A stretch of 24,564 nt of DNA, taken from NCBI GenBank assembly GCA_046582655.1, contig JAYGDX010000079.1:1-24564 (forward strand), read 5' to 3'. The notes beneath the pieces were generated by a model. The model was given only the letters and a program-made list of their open reading frames with translations, ran no database searches and was not told where the DNA came from. Positions 9,724-18,536 of this stretch are shown here, piece after piece. The DNA comes from Candidatus Poribacteria bacterium. Its GTDB lineage: Bacteria; Poribacteria; WGA-4E; UBA9662. The translations under genes were made by a program, and so were the position numbers. How positions within the stretch are numbered: the stretch's first letter is position 1; each line of letters starts with the position of its first letter.

Positions 9724-11505
9724 ATGGAAAAAATGACGATTAATCAAGCGTTACAAAATACCATGGCCCCAAAAAGGCATTGTCAAGCAAAATTAATGGG
9801 GAATATCAATCAGTGAGTTATAATGATCTAGGGGATTGCGTAAGGGACATTGCACTTGGATTGCACCAACTGGGAATTAAAGCAGGTGAACGAGTCGCAC
9901 TGTTATCTGAGAATCGGGCGGAATGGGCGTTTTTGGATTTGGGTATTCTGGCATTAGGTGTCGTTAATGTGCCAATGTATTCGACATTAACACTGGAACA
10001 AGTGGAGTACATTGCAAACGACTCACAAGCCAAGGTCATCTTCGTTTCCAACGTTAAGCAATTGGAAAAGGTTAGAAATAATGAAACTGACATGCCAAAG
10101 CTGGAAAAAATTGTCTGCTTTGATATGGATAAAGTGGAGATGGGCGAGGAAATGATTTCTTTTGATCAAGTTTGAGATCTAGGTTCAAATGGTTGAAAAT
10201 GGAGCCCAAATCTACAAAGAAGTCGCCGAATCTGTGAAGCCAGACGACATGGCAACGATTATATACACTCCTGGAACAACGGGCGATCCAAAAGGTGCTA
10301 TGTTGACACACAACAATTTCACCTCCAACGTGCGAGCGGGTCTCAAGGTGATTTCTGTAACTCATGAAGATACGCTCCTCTCTTTTCTTCCATTGTCACA
10401 TGTTTTTGAGCGAATGGTTGGGCATTATCTTGCTATATATTGTGGTGCGGAGATTGCTTATGCAGAGAGTCCGTTTACTGTGGCGAACAACATGAAAGAA
10501 GTCAGACCAACAGTCATGGCCAGTGTGCCAAGGCCCTACGAGATGATGCATGATAAAATCCTGAAGGGAGTTCGAGACAGTCCTCCAATAAAACAAAAAA
10601 TATTCAATTGGGCAGTAAACGTTGGTAAAAAAAAGAGCCAAGCCATCCAAAGAGGAGAATCTCCGAATTTAATTTTAAGCTTGAAAGTCAGTGTGGCGAA
10701 CAAACTGGTCTTCAGTAAGGTTAAAGAGGCTACTGGTGGACGGTTGCGTTTCTTCGTGTCTGGCGGAGCACTTTTACCGCAGGCGATTGCTGAGTTTTTT
10801 CATGCTGCTGGAATTTTGATTCTTGAAGGATATGGTTTAACAGAAGCTTCGCCGGTGATAACTGCAAACAGCGAACATCATTTTAAATTTGGCACCGTAG
10901 GGCATCCGCTACCTAGTGTCGAAGTGAAGATTGCTGAAGATGGGGAGATTCTCTCACGTGGTCCGCATATTATGTTGGGATACTTTAGCAAACCGGATGA
11001 AACCGCCGAAGCAATCGATGAAGAAGGTTGGTTTCATACTGGAGATATTGGTGAGTTTGATGAAGATAGCTTCTTGCGTATCACTGATCGCAAGAAAAAC
11101 ATTCTTGTTCTGTCAAATGGAAAGAATGTTGCACCGCAACCAATTGAAAATGAACTGAAGCGGAGCGAGTACGTCAATCAAATCATGTTGCTAGGGGATC
11201 AAGAAAAGAGCATTGCAGCTTTGATTGTTCCTAACTTTGATTCGATTAAAAGCTATGCCAAAGAAAACCAAATTGATGCACCTGTTATATCAGCATTGCT
11301 AGAAACGAAAGAAATCAATCAACTGATTCGGAACGAAATTACAAAGTATGGCGGGATTTTTTCTGACTTTGAGCGTGTCAAAATGTTCAAGTTGCTTGAC
11401 CGAGAATTCTCAGCAGACACAGGCGAAATGACACCTACACTCAAGTTAAAAAGGAAAGTCATTATAGGCAATAATAAGGACGGAATTGCAGAAATGTATG
11501 GCTAA
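9724..11505 (+). pseudogene. Long-chain fatty acid-CoA ligase (AMP-binding), disrupted
   Basis: ATG at 9724 after a GAGGG RBS. Frameshift near 9760-9763, premature TGA at 10173-10175, frameshift near 10185-10189. AMP-binding motifs YTPGTTGDPKG, GYGLTE, WFHTGDIG, ITDRKK and TPTLKLKR, several with disruptive substitutions. Confidence 0.85.
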
Positions 11506-11620
11506 ATTAATGGCCTCTATCGTTAACCGAATGGCGGGATATTTTTGAGTTCCATGAGTATTTGTTCAATCGTTTTCTCTCCACATTGACCAGGTCAATA
11601 TCCTGAAGAAAGATTGTGTT

Positions 11621-12412
11621 CTATACGCCGATCCCACGTTGGCTATTTTCGATAAAGTTAAGCAGGTATTGAACTTCTTCATTGGGATCAAGTTCATCTC
11701 GAACGTTTTCTATCGCTTTGGTTAGCGCAACGTTCGATCGGAAGAGCAGTCGGTAGGCCTTTTTGAGTTGATTGATCGTATCACTTGAAAGAGCAGAAAG
11801 CGGGTTTATTTTTGAAGTACGAATTCCTACCAGATTTAGCCCACGAACCTCAGCTGGATGACCATCTGCTACTGTGAACGGAGGAACATCCTGAACAAAC
11901 TTTGAACAGGCACCAACCATTGCCATCTTTCCAACACAAACGGAAGGATGCAGTGCTGCGTGTGCTCCGATTCGGACATCATCTTCGATAGTGACATGCC
12001 CTCCAAGCGTAGCAAAATTAGCCATAATCGTTCGGTCACCAACAATTGAATCGTGTGCGATGTTGACCCAGTTCATTAAAAGATTGTCATCACCGATAAT
12101 AGTTGATCCTTCTTCAGTTGTCGCTCTTGAAACCGAAACATATTCCCGTAATACGTTCCGATTTCCTACCTTAACGTAACTTCGGTTTCCCTTATACTTC
12201 AGATCCTTTGATGGGTTTCCAATGGTGCTGCCAAAAAAGATTTGGCAATCCTCCCCGATCGTTGTCCAGCGATCTATTTGCACGTGGGGACCGATAACAG
12301 TTCCATCGCCAATCCGAACATGTTCGTTGATGATCGAAAACGGACCGATTTCAATATCGTTGCCCAGTTCCGTTTTTGGAGAGACAATAGCCGTTTCATG
12401 GATTTTTGACAT
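11621..12412 (-). CDS. lpxA: Acyl-ACP--UDP-N-acetylglucosamine O-acyltransferase, divergent
   Basis: Hexapeptide left-handed beta-helix, DLKY, IAHD (catalytic His), TLGGHV, QDVPPF and C-terminal helical domain ending in SQRGI. Confidence 0.85.
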   Translation of the reverse strand: MSKIHETAIVSPKTELGNDIEIGPFSIINEHVRIGDGTVIGPHVQIDRWTTIGEDCQIFFGSTIGNPSKDLKYKGNRSYVKVGNRNVLREYVSVSRATTEEGSTIIGDDNLLMNWVNIAHDSIVGDRTIMANFATLGGHVTIEDDVRIGAHAALHPSVCVGKMAMVGACSKFVQDVPPFTVADGHPAEVRGLNLVGIRTSKINPLSALSSDTINQLKKAYRLLFRSNVALTKAIENVRDELDPNEEVQYLLNFIENSQRGIGV

Positions 12413-12535
12413 TCAAGATTTCCCTAACTCTTATTTTTGAATTCTGCCTTCTCACATATTCTAACTCATATTATATTTCTTCACCAAAAAAATTATCGGT
12501 TGCAATAGTGAGGGACAGCAACGATGTTAAAACGC

Positions 12536-12564
12536 TTTACAATTTCTGGACGCATGTGTATACT
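12536..12564 (+). promoter_or_regulatory. Sigma70-type promoter of the aroK operon
   Basis: TTTACA (12536-12541), 17-bp spacer, TATACT (12559-12564), ending 19 nt before the aroK ATG at 12584. Confidence 0.6.
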
Positions 12565-12583
12565 TCTTGAAATAGAAAAGGCT

Positions 12584-13102
12584 ATGTCAAACATTGTTTT
12601 AATTGGATTTATGGGGACTGGAAAGACTACCGTTGGCCAGCAAATCTCCAAGGAATTGTGGATGCCCATGGTTGATACTGATACCATGGTGGAAGTTGAC
12701 AACCAGATGATCATTGGAGAAATTTTTGATCGGTATGGTGAAGGTTATTTCCGCAATCTTGAAACTGCGGTGGTACGTAAGGTCTCCAAATTTAAAAGTC
12801 ATGTCATTTCGACCGGTGGGGGTGTTGTTCTTCGTTTTGAGAACTTGAATCTCCTGCAAGAGAACGGTCTGCTTTTTTGCCTGCGTGCAACGCCGGAAGA
12901 GATCTTTGAGCGTATAAAAGACGAGAGCCGTCGTCCCTTGTTGAAAGATTCCGATCCGCCGAATAAAATTCGGCAACTCCTTCAAGCACGGCAAGCCCAC
13001 TACCAGCATATCGAACATCAGATCGAAACGACAAACTTATCGATTGAAGAAGTCACAAACCAGATTATTGGGATCTATCAAAGTGCGAGAAGTTCACCTT
13101 AA
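12584..13102 (+). CDS. aroK: Shikimate kinase
   Basis: NIVLIGFMGTGKTTVG (P-loop), DTD, GEGYFRNLE, STGGG, RPLL. Start refined to the ATG at 12584, downstream of the promoter. Confidence 0.95.
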   Translation: MSNIVLIGFMGTGKTTVGQQISKELWMPMVDTDTMVEVDNQMIIGEIFDRYGEGYFRNLETAVVRKVSKFKSHVISTGGGVVLRFENLNLLQENGLLFCLRATPEEIFERIKDESRRPLLKDSDPPNKIRQLLQARQAHYQHIEHQIETTNLSIEEVTNQIIGIYQSARSSP

Positions 13103-14171
13103 CCTTGACCAGGACAGCTATTCGATCACTATTGGTCAAGGTATTTTAGGCAATCTCGGTCAGCGGATTGTGCCTAAAACAAAGTCCGATAAAGTTACCG
13201 TTGTCGCGGATGAGTTTGTCAGCGAACGGTACGGTGATATTGTGTTAAAGAGCCTAAGAGACTTTGAGTTTGATGTACAAGTGATCCAAGTACCTTCCGG
13301 TGAAGAGAACAAATCGCTAGCTTGGTTCAGTAAGATTCATGATACTTTAATCAATCACCATATGGATCGAAGTTCGACTTTAATCGCACTCGGCGGCGGT
13401 GTAATTGGGGATCTCAGTGGTTTTGTCGCTGCTACCTTTATGCGAGGCATCTCATGGATCCAAGTTCCAACCACGCTTCTGGCTCAGGTTGATGCTAGCG
13501 TTGGTGGGAAAACTGCCATTAATCACCCTAAAGGAAAAAATATGATGGGTGCATTTCATCAACCCAGTCTGGTGTTAATTGACGTAGACACCTTGCACAG
13601 CTTGGCTGAGCGTGACGTCGGATCTGGTTTGGTTGAGATCATAAAACACGGTGTAATCATGGATGAGCCTTTGTTTAGCTTAATTGAAAAGAATCTAACA
13701 AAAATCCTCCGCCTTGTTCCTGAGATTGTGATTGAGATTATTGCAAAATCTTGCGCTAATAAAGCATACGTGGTTGAAAATGACGAAAAAGAAAGGGGAC
13801 TTCGATCAACTTTAAATTATGGTCACACTTTTGCCCATGCGCTGGAAGTTCTTACTGACTATAATACCTTTCGGCATGGTGAGGCGGTTGCTGTCGGAAT
13901 GAACTGCGCAGCACAACTTTCTGTCAACCTGGGAATACTTGATCCTTCTGAGTTAAATCGACAGAATACGCTCTTGCAAAATGCAGGTCTTCCGATTCAG
14001 ATTCCACGAATTCAACCTGAAAATTTTCTTGAAGCAATGTATTTTGATAAAAAAATAAATCATGGAAAATTAAAACTGATCTTGATAGAAAGGCTAGGGA
14101 AAGTGACAATGCGAACAGATATACCGGATAACGAAGTCCTGGCAGCCATTGAAAAGTGCACAGCAAATTAG
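13083..14171 (+). CDS. aroB: 3-dehydroquinate synthase
   Basis: [66 protein letters not shown]. Likely GTG start at 13083. Confidence 0.95.
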   Translation: MREVHLNLDQDSYSITIGQGILGNLGQRIVPKTKSDKVTVVADEFVSERYGDIVLKSLRDFEFDVQVIQVPSGEENKSLAWFSKIHDTLINHHMDRSSTLIALGGGVIGDLSGFVAATFMRGISWIQVPTTLLAQVDASVGGKTAINHPKGKNMMGAFHQPSLVLIDVDTLHSLAERDVGSGLVEIIKHGVIMDEPLFSLIEKNLTKILRLVPEIVIEIIAKSCANKAYVVENDEKERGLRSTLNYGHTFAHALEVLTDYNTFRHGEAVAVGMNCAAQLSVNLGILDPSELNRQNTLLQNAGLPIQIPRIQPENFLEAMYFDKKINHGKLKLILIERLGKVTMRTDIPDNEVLAAIEKCTAN

Positions 14172-14173
14172 AT

Positions 14174-14629
14174 ATGAATATTTTACTCGTTCATGGGCCA
14201 AATCTGAATTTATTGGGTAAGCGTCAACCAGAAATCTATGGTACTCAGACGCTTGATAATATCAACCACTATCTAATTCAGGTTGCTCAAAAGCAAGGGG
14301 TTGAGCTCAAGACTTTTCAGTCGAATCATGAAGGAGCGATAGTTTCGGAAATTGGGGATAATATTGATTGGGCTGATGGGATTTTGATTAATCCAGCGGC
14401 TTATACTCACACTAGTGTAGCCATTCGAGACGCACTTTCAGCTGTAACCCTTCCAGTAATCGAAATTCATCTCTCAAATATATACAAACGTGAAGGTTTC
14501 CGTCATCACTCATATGTGTCGCCAATTGCCGTTGGTGTAATCAGTGGTTTTGGAAGCCATAGCTACGAGCTTGCACTCAATGCGATGATCAATATTCTAC
14601 AACAAATAGAGAAGGAAAATACAGGATGA
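14174..14629 (+). CDS. aroQ: Type II 3-dehydroquinate dehydratase
   Basis: [54 protein letters not shown]. Confidence 0.95.
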   Translation: MNILLVHGPNLNLLGKRQPEIYGTQTLDNINHYLIQVAQKQGVELKTFQSNHEGAIVSEIGDNIDWADGILINPAAYTHTSVAIRDALSAVTLPVIEIHLSNIYKREGFRHHSYVSPIAVGVISGFGSHSYELALNAMINILQQIEKENTG

Positions 14630-15510
14630 ACGAAATTTATGGTATCGTGCCACCAACGACAACACCTTTCACTTCAGGTGGTCAGGTCGATGAGGTCGCG
14701 TTAAAGGAAGATGTGCGTTACCTCATCGAAGTCGCTGGGGTTCACGGGTTAGCAGTCTGTGGAAGTACTGGTGAAGGACATACTTTAACAACCGATGAGA
14801 CATATCGTATCACGGCGTGCGCCGTTGAAGAGTCTGGGGGACGAATTCCAGTTATTACTGGAATTATTACGGACAGTACGCAATCCGCAATCGAACGAGG
14901 TCAAGCCGTTGCAGGCCTAGGGATCAAAGCTCTTCAAGTTACACCTGTTCACTACCTCTTTAGACCGAGTGACGGTGCTATGATTGATCACTTTGCTAGA
15001 ATCGCTGAAGGGACCGGATTACCGGTGATTATTTATAATGTCATACCGTGGACTTATTTATCTCCGGAATTGTTAACACGTATCATCACTCAGGTGGAAG
15101 GTGTCATTGGTGTTAAACAGAGCGCTGGTGATATGAAGTTGCTTGCAGATTTGCTGCTTCTGCTTGGCGATCGTGGTTGTATTATGTCAGCGGTTGATGC
15201 TTTGCTTTATCCATCGTTCTTGCTCGGCGCACATGGAGCAATCGCAGCCATACTAACTGCTGCTCCAAAACTTTGCGTTCAACTTTGGGAAGCTGTTGAA
15301 AATGGCAACTATGAAACGGCACGATCTTTACATGATTTGTTGCTTCCAATATGGAATGCAATCTCCGATGACAATCTTCCTGCTAATGTTAAATACGTTA
15401 TGCAACTGCAGGGACGTGCTTCAGGGAAATCTCGCTTGCCTATGCCAGAAACGAACCAGCAGCAGAAAGAAATTATTAAAAGAGCACTTTTGAGTGCCGC
15501 GCTTATATAA
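14626..15510 (+). CDS. DapA/NanA-family class I aldolase/dehydratase, probably not true DapA
   Basis: CGSTGEG, IIYNV and GVKQS (Schiff-base Lys). Lacks the DHDPS Arg in YNVPxRTG (has YNVIPWTY). ATGA overlap with aroQ. Confidence 0.85.
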   Translation: MNEIYGIVPPTTTPFTSGGQVDEVALKEDVRYLIEVAGVHGLAVCGSTGEGHTLTTDETYRITACAVEESGGRIPVITGIITDSTQSAIERGQAVAGLGIKALQVTPVHYLFRPSDGAMIDHFARIAEGTGLPVIIYNVIPWTYLSPELLTRIITQVEGVIGVKQSAGDMKLLADLLLLLGDRGCIMSAVDALLYPSFLLGAHGAIAAILTAAPKLCVQLWEAVENGNYETARSLHDLLLPIWNAISDDNLPANVKYVMQLQGRASGKSRLPMPETNQQQKEIIKRALLSAALI

Positions 15511-15541
15511 TTTTATTATTTTTAGCTTCTAGGGAGAATTT

Positions 15542-16099
15542 ATGGCGTCACTTAACGATCTCAGAAATGGGCTGATCATCCGTCTTGATGAAAATATATA
15601 TACGATTACAAATTGCGAACACATAAAACCTGGCAAAGGTGGGGCTTTCGCCCGCACCAAGATAAAGCGTTTAACCAATGGTGCAGTGGTGGAACGGACG
15701 TTCCGAACCAATGATACTATTGAAGTGGTTCGACTTGAAGATCGTGAAATGCAGTACATGTATACTGATGGCAACCTTTTTTATTTTATGGATAGTGAGG
15801 TATATGAAGAATTTGCTATGTCTTCAGAACTGATTGGAGATGCAATTAGCTACTTAAAAGAAGGACTGGATATTATCATTAGGTTTGATGGGGATACTCC
15901 TGTCGTAATTGAACTTCCAACGTTTGTCGCTCTTCAGATAGTTGAGACGGAGCTAGGGGTTAGGGGAGATACAGTTAGTGGTAGCACCAAACCAGCGACT
16001 TTGGAGACAGGCTTAGTGATACAAGTTCCTCTCTTCGTTGAGAACAAAATTATCGTCAAAATAGATACTCGTACTGGTGAGTATATTGAAAGGGTATAG
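15542..16099 (+). CDS. efp: Translation elongation factor P
   Basis: HIKPGKGGAFARTK, RGDT, KPATLETG, VPLFV, DTRTGEY. Confidence 0.95.
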   Translation: MASLNDLRNGLIIRLDENIYTITNCEHIKPGKGGAFARTKIKRLTNGAVVERTFRTNDTIEVVRLEDREMQYMYTDGNLFYFMDSEVYEEFAMSSELIGDAISYLKEGLDIIIRFDGDTPVVIELPTFVALQIVETELGVRGDTVSGSTKPATLETGLVIQVPLFVENKIIVKIDTRTGEYIERV

Positions 16100-16102
16100 C
16101 TG

Positions 16103-16555
16103 ATGGCGGAAAAAAAGTCTGGTCTGACATTGATTGAGCAGATTTGCGATATCATGGACGAGCGAGATTTGTCGGAGGTTGAGCTGACCGAAGGGCAGGT
16201 TTCAGTTAGGGTGCGTCGAGCAAACGCTGATGTTATCCCAATGGTTGCTATGGCAACAACAATCCCGGGACAACAGACTGTTGGGGTTGGTGATGCCACC
16301 GAATCAACTGAACAAGGAGAATTAATTCGTTCACCCATGCCCGGTATGTTTTATCGTGCTGCGTCTCCGGATGAACCTTCTTTTGTAGAGGTGGGAGACT
16401 CAGTTTCCAAGGATAATACTATCTGCTTAATCGAGGCAATGAAGATTTTTAACGAGGTCCAATCGGAGTTTGATTGTGATATTATCGAGATACTCGTTGA
16501 AAACGCAACCGCAGTTGAGTTCGATCAGCCCCTTTTTCGAATCAAAAGGAACTGA
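16103..16555 (+). CDS. accB: Acetyl-CoA carboxylase biotin carboxyl carrier protein
   Basis: [21 protein letters not shown] (biotinylated Lys), VEFDQPLF. Confidence 0.95.
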   Translation: MAEKKSGLTLIEQICDIMDERDLSEVELTEGQVSVRVRRANADVIPMVAMATTIPGQQTVGVGDATESTEQGELIRSPMPGMFYRAASPDEPSFVEVGDSVSKDNTICLIEAMKIFNEVQSEFDCDIIEILVENATAVEFDQPLFRIKRN

Positions 16556-16557
16556 CA

Positions 16558-17931
16558 GTGTTCAAGAAGGTTCTAATCGCCAATCGCGGTGAGATTGCCC
16601 TCCGAATTATTCGGGCATGCCGAGATCTAGGAATCAAAACGGTTGCCGTTTACTCGACAGCAGATAGGGATTCATTGCACGTTAGGCATGCGGATGAGTC
16701 TTATTGCATTGGTAACCCTGCACCGAGTGATAGTTATCTGAAACGCGCCAATATTATTACTATTGCCGAACTAACAAACACAGATGCTATCCATCCAGGT
16801 GTGGGGTTTCTGGCTGAGGATGCTCAGTTTGCTGAAATATGTGAAGCTCACAAAATCACTTTTATTGGCCCTTCGGTTCAAAATTTAATGACTATGGGAG
16901 ATAAGGTTGAAGCACGTGAAGCGATGTCTAAAGCTGGTCTAAAGCTGGTACCCGGTAGTCGAAACACACGACAAGGAATTCGGAGAAGCAGGAAGAAAGG
17001 GATTGTTGAAAATGACAAGGATGCGGCCGCGCTAGCAGAGAAGGTTGGATATCCAGTTGGTATAAAAGCAGTAGCAGGTGGTGGTGGTCGTGGAATACGT
17101 ATTGCACATAACAGCATGAGTTTGATTAATCTCTTTCATACGGCTAAAGCCGAAGCAGAGTCATCTTTTGGTAATGGTGATGTCTACATCGAGAAATGGA
17201 TTAGAGACGCACGCCATATAGAAGTGCAAGTGTTAGGTGATCATCAAGGGAATCTGGTGCATCTTGGTGAACGGGAGTGTTCTATTCAGCGTAAGCGTCA
17301 GAAATTGGTTGAAGAAGCTCCTTCACCGTCAATTTCAGATAAGGTAAGACAAGAATTATTAAAGGTTGCAGTTAAAGCGGCTAGATCGGTTGGATACGTT
17401 AATGCTGGAACCGTAGAATTTATTGTTGATGAAAACGATCAATTCTATTTTCTAGAAATGAACTCACGTATTCAGGTTGAACATACTATTAGCGAAATGA
17501 TCACCGGCATAGACATCGTAAAAGAACAGATCCGTTTAGCTGCAGGAGAGCCTCTTGGTTATGGGCAATCCAGCATTGATTTCTATGGACACGCGATTGA
17601 ATGTCGAATTAATGCGGAAGATCCTAATAACGACTTTTCTCCGTCACCAGGGAAAATTAATCGGTGTTTGTTACCAGGTGGTATTGGAATTCGCTTAGAT
17701 ACACATATTTATAGCGGTTATGTGGTCCCGTCTTATTATGACTCGCTGGTCGGAAAATTGATTGCTCATGGTAAGGACCGGACAGAATCAATTGCCCGTA
17801 TGCGTCGTGCATTAGCCGAATTTGAAATTGATGGTATCCACACAACGATCCCTCTTCACACTAGGATTTTAAGGAATAGCCGCTTTCTTAAGGCCGAAGT
17901 ATATACTAACTTCTTGGAATCTCGGATCTAA
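16558..17931 (+). CDS. accC: Acetyl-CoA carboxylase biotin carboxylase subunit
   Basis: [51 protein letters not shown]. Adjacent to accB. Confidence 0.95.
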   Translation: MFKKVLIANRGEIALRIIRACRDLGIKTVAVYSTADRDSLHVRHADESYCIGNPAPSDSYLKRANIITIAELTNTDAIHPGVGFLAEDAQFAEICEAHKITFIGPSVQNLMTMGDKVEAREAMSKAGLKLVPGSRNTRQGIRRSRKKGIVENDKDAAALAEKVGYPVGIKAVAGGGGRGIRIAHNSMSLINLFHTAKAEAESSFGNGDVYIEKWIRDARHIEVQVLGDHQGNLVHLGERECSIQRKRQKLVEEAPSPSISDKVRQELLKVAVKAARSVGYVNAGTVEFIVDENDQFYFLEMNSRIQVEHTISEMITGIDIVKEQIRLAAGEPLGYGQSSIDFYGHAIECRINAEDPNNDFSPSPGKINRCLLPGGIGIRLDTHIYSGYVVPSYYDSLVGKLIAHGKDRTESIARMRRALAEFEIDGIHTTIPLHTRILRNSRFLKAEVYTNFLESRI

Positions 17932-17938
17932 CCAGTTT

Positions 17939-18403
17939 CTATTTCTTTGATTTAACTTTTGACCATAGTGTGGTCAGTTTACCTTTTGGTTTAACTGCCA
18001 ACCCCTGGTTGACTGGGTATCCAGCATCTCTCCAGTCGTGAAACCCTCCTTTAAGCACTTTCAATAGTTCCATGTTGAAACCAAAGTCTTTCGCTAATAT
18101 TTGTGCCGCACGGACACTTGAAGCTTCCGCCATTCAGCTACAGTAGAGGACAATAAGTTTATTCTTGGGAAGTTCCTTATGGCGTAAGCCAATTTCGCCA
18201 GATGGCACTGATATTGAAGTTGGGATGTGTCCAGCTTTGTAGGCATTAATTCCGCGTACGTCGACAACTACAATATCTTTTTTTTGATCAAGTATCTGTT
18301 TTACTTCTGCGTTGCTGATCCGTTCAGGTTCAGCTCGAGCAAAAATGTAAACAGTCAAGCCCAACATCAAACCAAAGTAGATAATTGATTTTTTCTTTAT
18401 CAT
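17939..18403 (-). CDS. Exported rhodanese-domain selenoprotein (154 aa, Sec90 encoded by TGA at 18134-18136)
   Basis: The minus strand reads TAC TGT AGC TGA ATG GCG GAA GCT in one frame. The N-half (VVVDVRG, GHIP, IVLYC) and C-half (SVRAA, LKGGFHDWRDAGYP) make one rhodanese domain. Signal peptide ending ARA, SECIS-like hairpin, final TAG stop at 17939-17941. Confidence 0.85.
18103..18117 (-). promoter_or_regulatory. Putative bacterial SECIS hairpin
   Basis: GUGUCCGUGCGGCAC starts 16 nt after the UGA. It folds as GUGUC/GGCAC with loop CGUGC, or as GUG-(bulged U)-CC/GGCAC with loop GUGC. The loop G is about 23 nt after the UGA. Confidence 0.7.
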
Positions 18404-18536
18404 GCTAATCCTTCATTAAACATTTGCATCTGAAATATGACTACCGTTGACAAATTAAGTCTTGAGAATTATTAAAGGGGTTTATCTTCAACCAGCACAC
18501 TCGATTATTCCATATGCTTGGGTATAACAGCACAAA

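Noticed and set aside
10173..10175. In-frame TGA in the acyl-CoA ligase as a second selenocysteine codon
   Set aside because: It is not a Cys-like catalytic position, a frameshift follows within about 12 nt, no SECIS-like hairpin is apparent, and the gene has other lesions. A CGA-to-TGA nonsense mutation is simpler.
7325..16099. DHS-like protein as a hypusine-type modifier of the nearby EF-P
   Set aside because: The genes are about 7 kb apart in different operons. The DHS-like gene is coupled to a LarA homolog, and nothing in the sequence links it to efp.
15542..16099. EF-P deviations (TELG for TEPG, no GD before the last strand) as evidence of decay
   Set aside because: The frame and the PGKG, RGDT and TRTGEY motifs are intact. 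This is consistent with ordinary lineage divergence.
17939..18403. Alternative genetic code (UGA as Trp or Gly) explaining the rhodanese read-through
   Set aside because: TGA is a genuine stop for several intact genes here (aroQ, accB, the HAD, the MDR), and Trp is encoded by TGG.
18447..18475. TTGACA-17bp-TATTAA on the plus strand as an antisense promoter to the molybdoenzyme gene
   Set aside because: The -10 lacks the conserved final T, the context is AT-rich, and there is no downstream sense gene.
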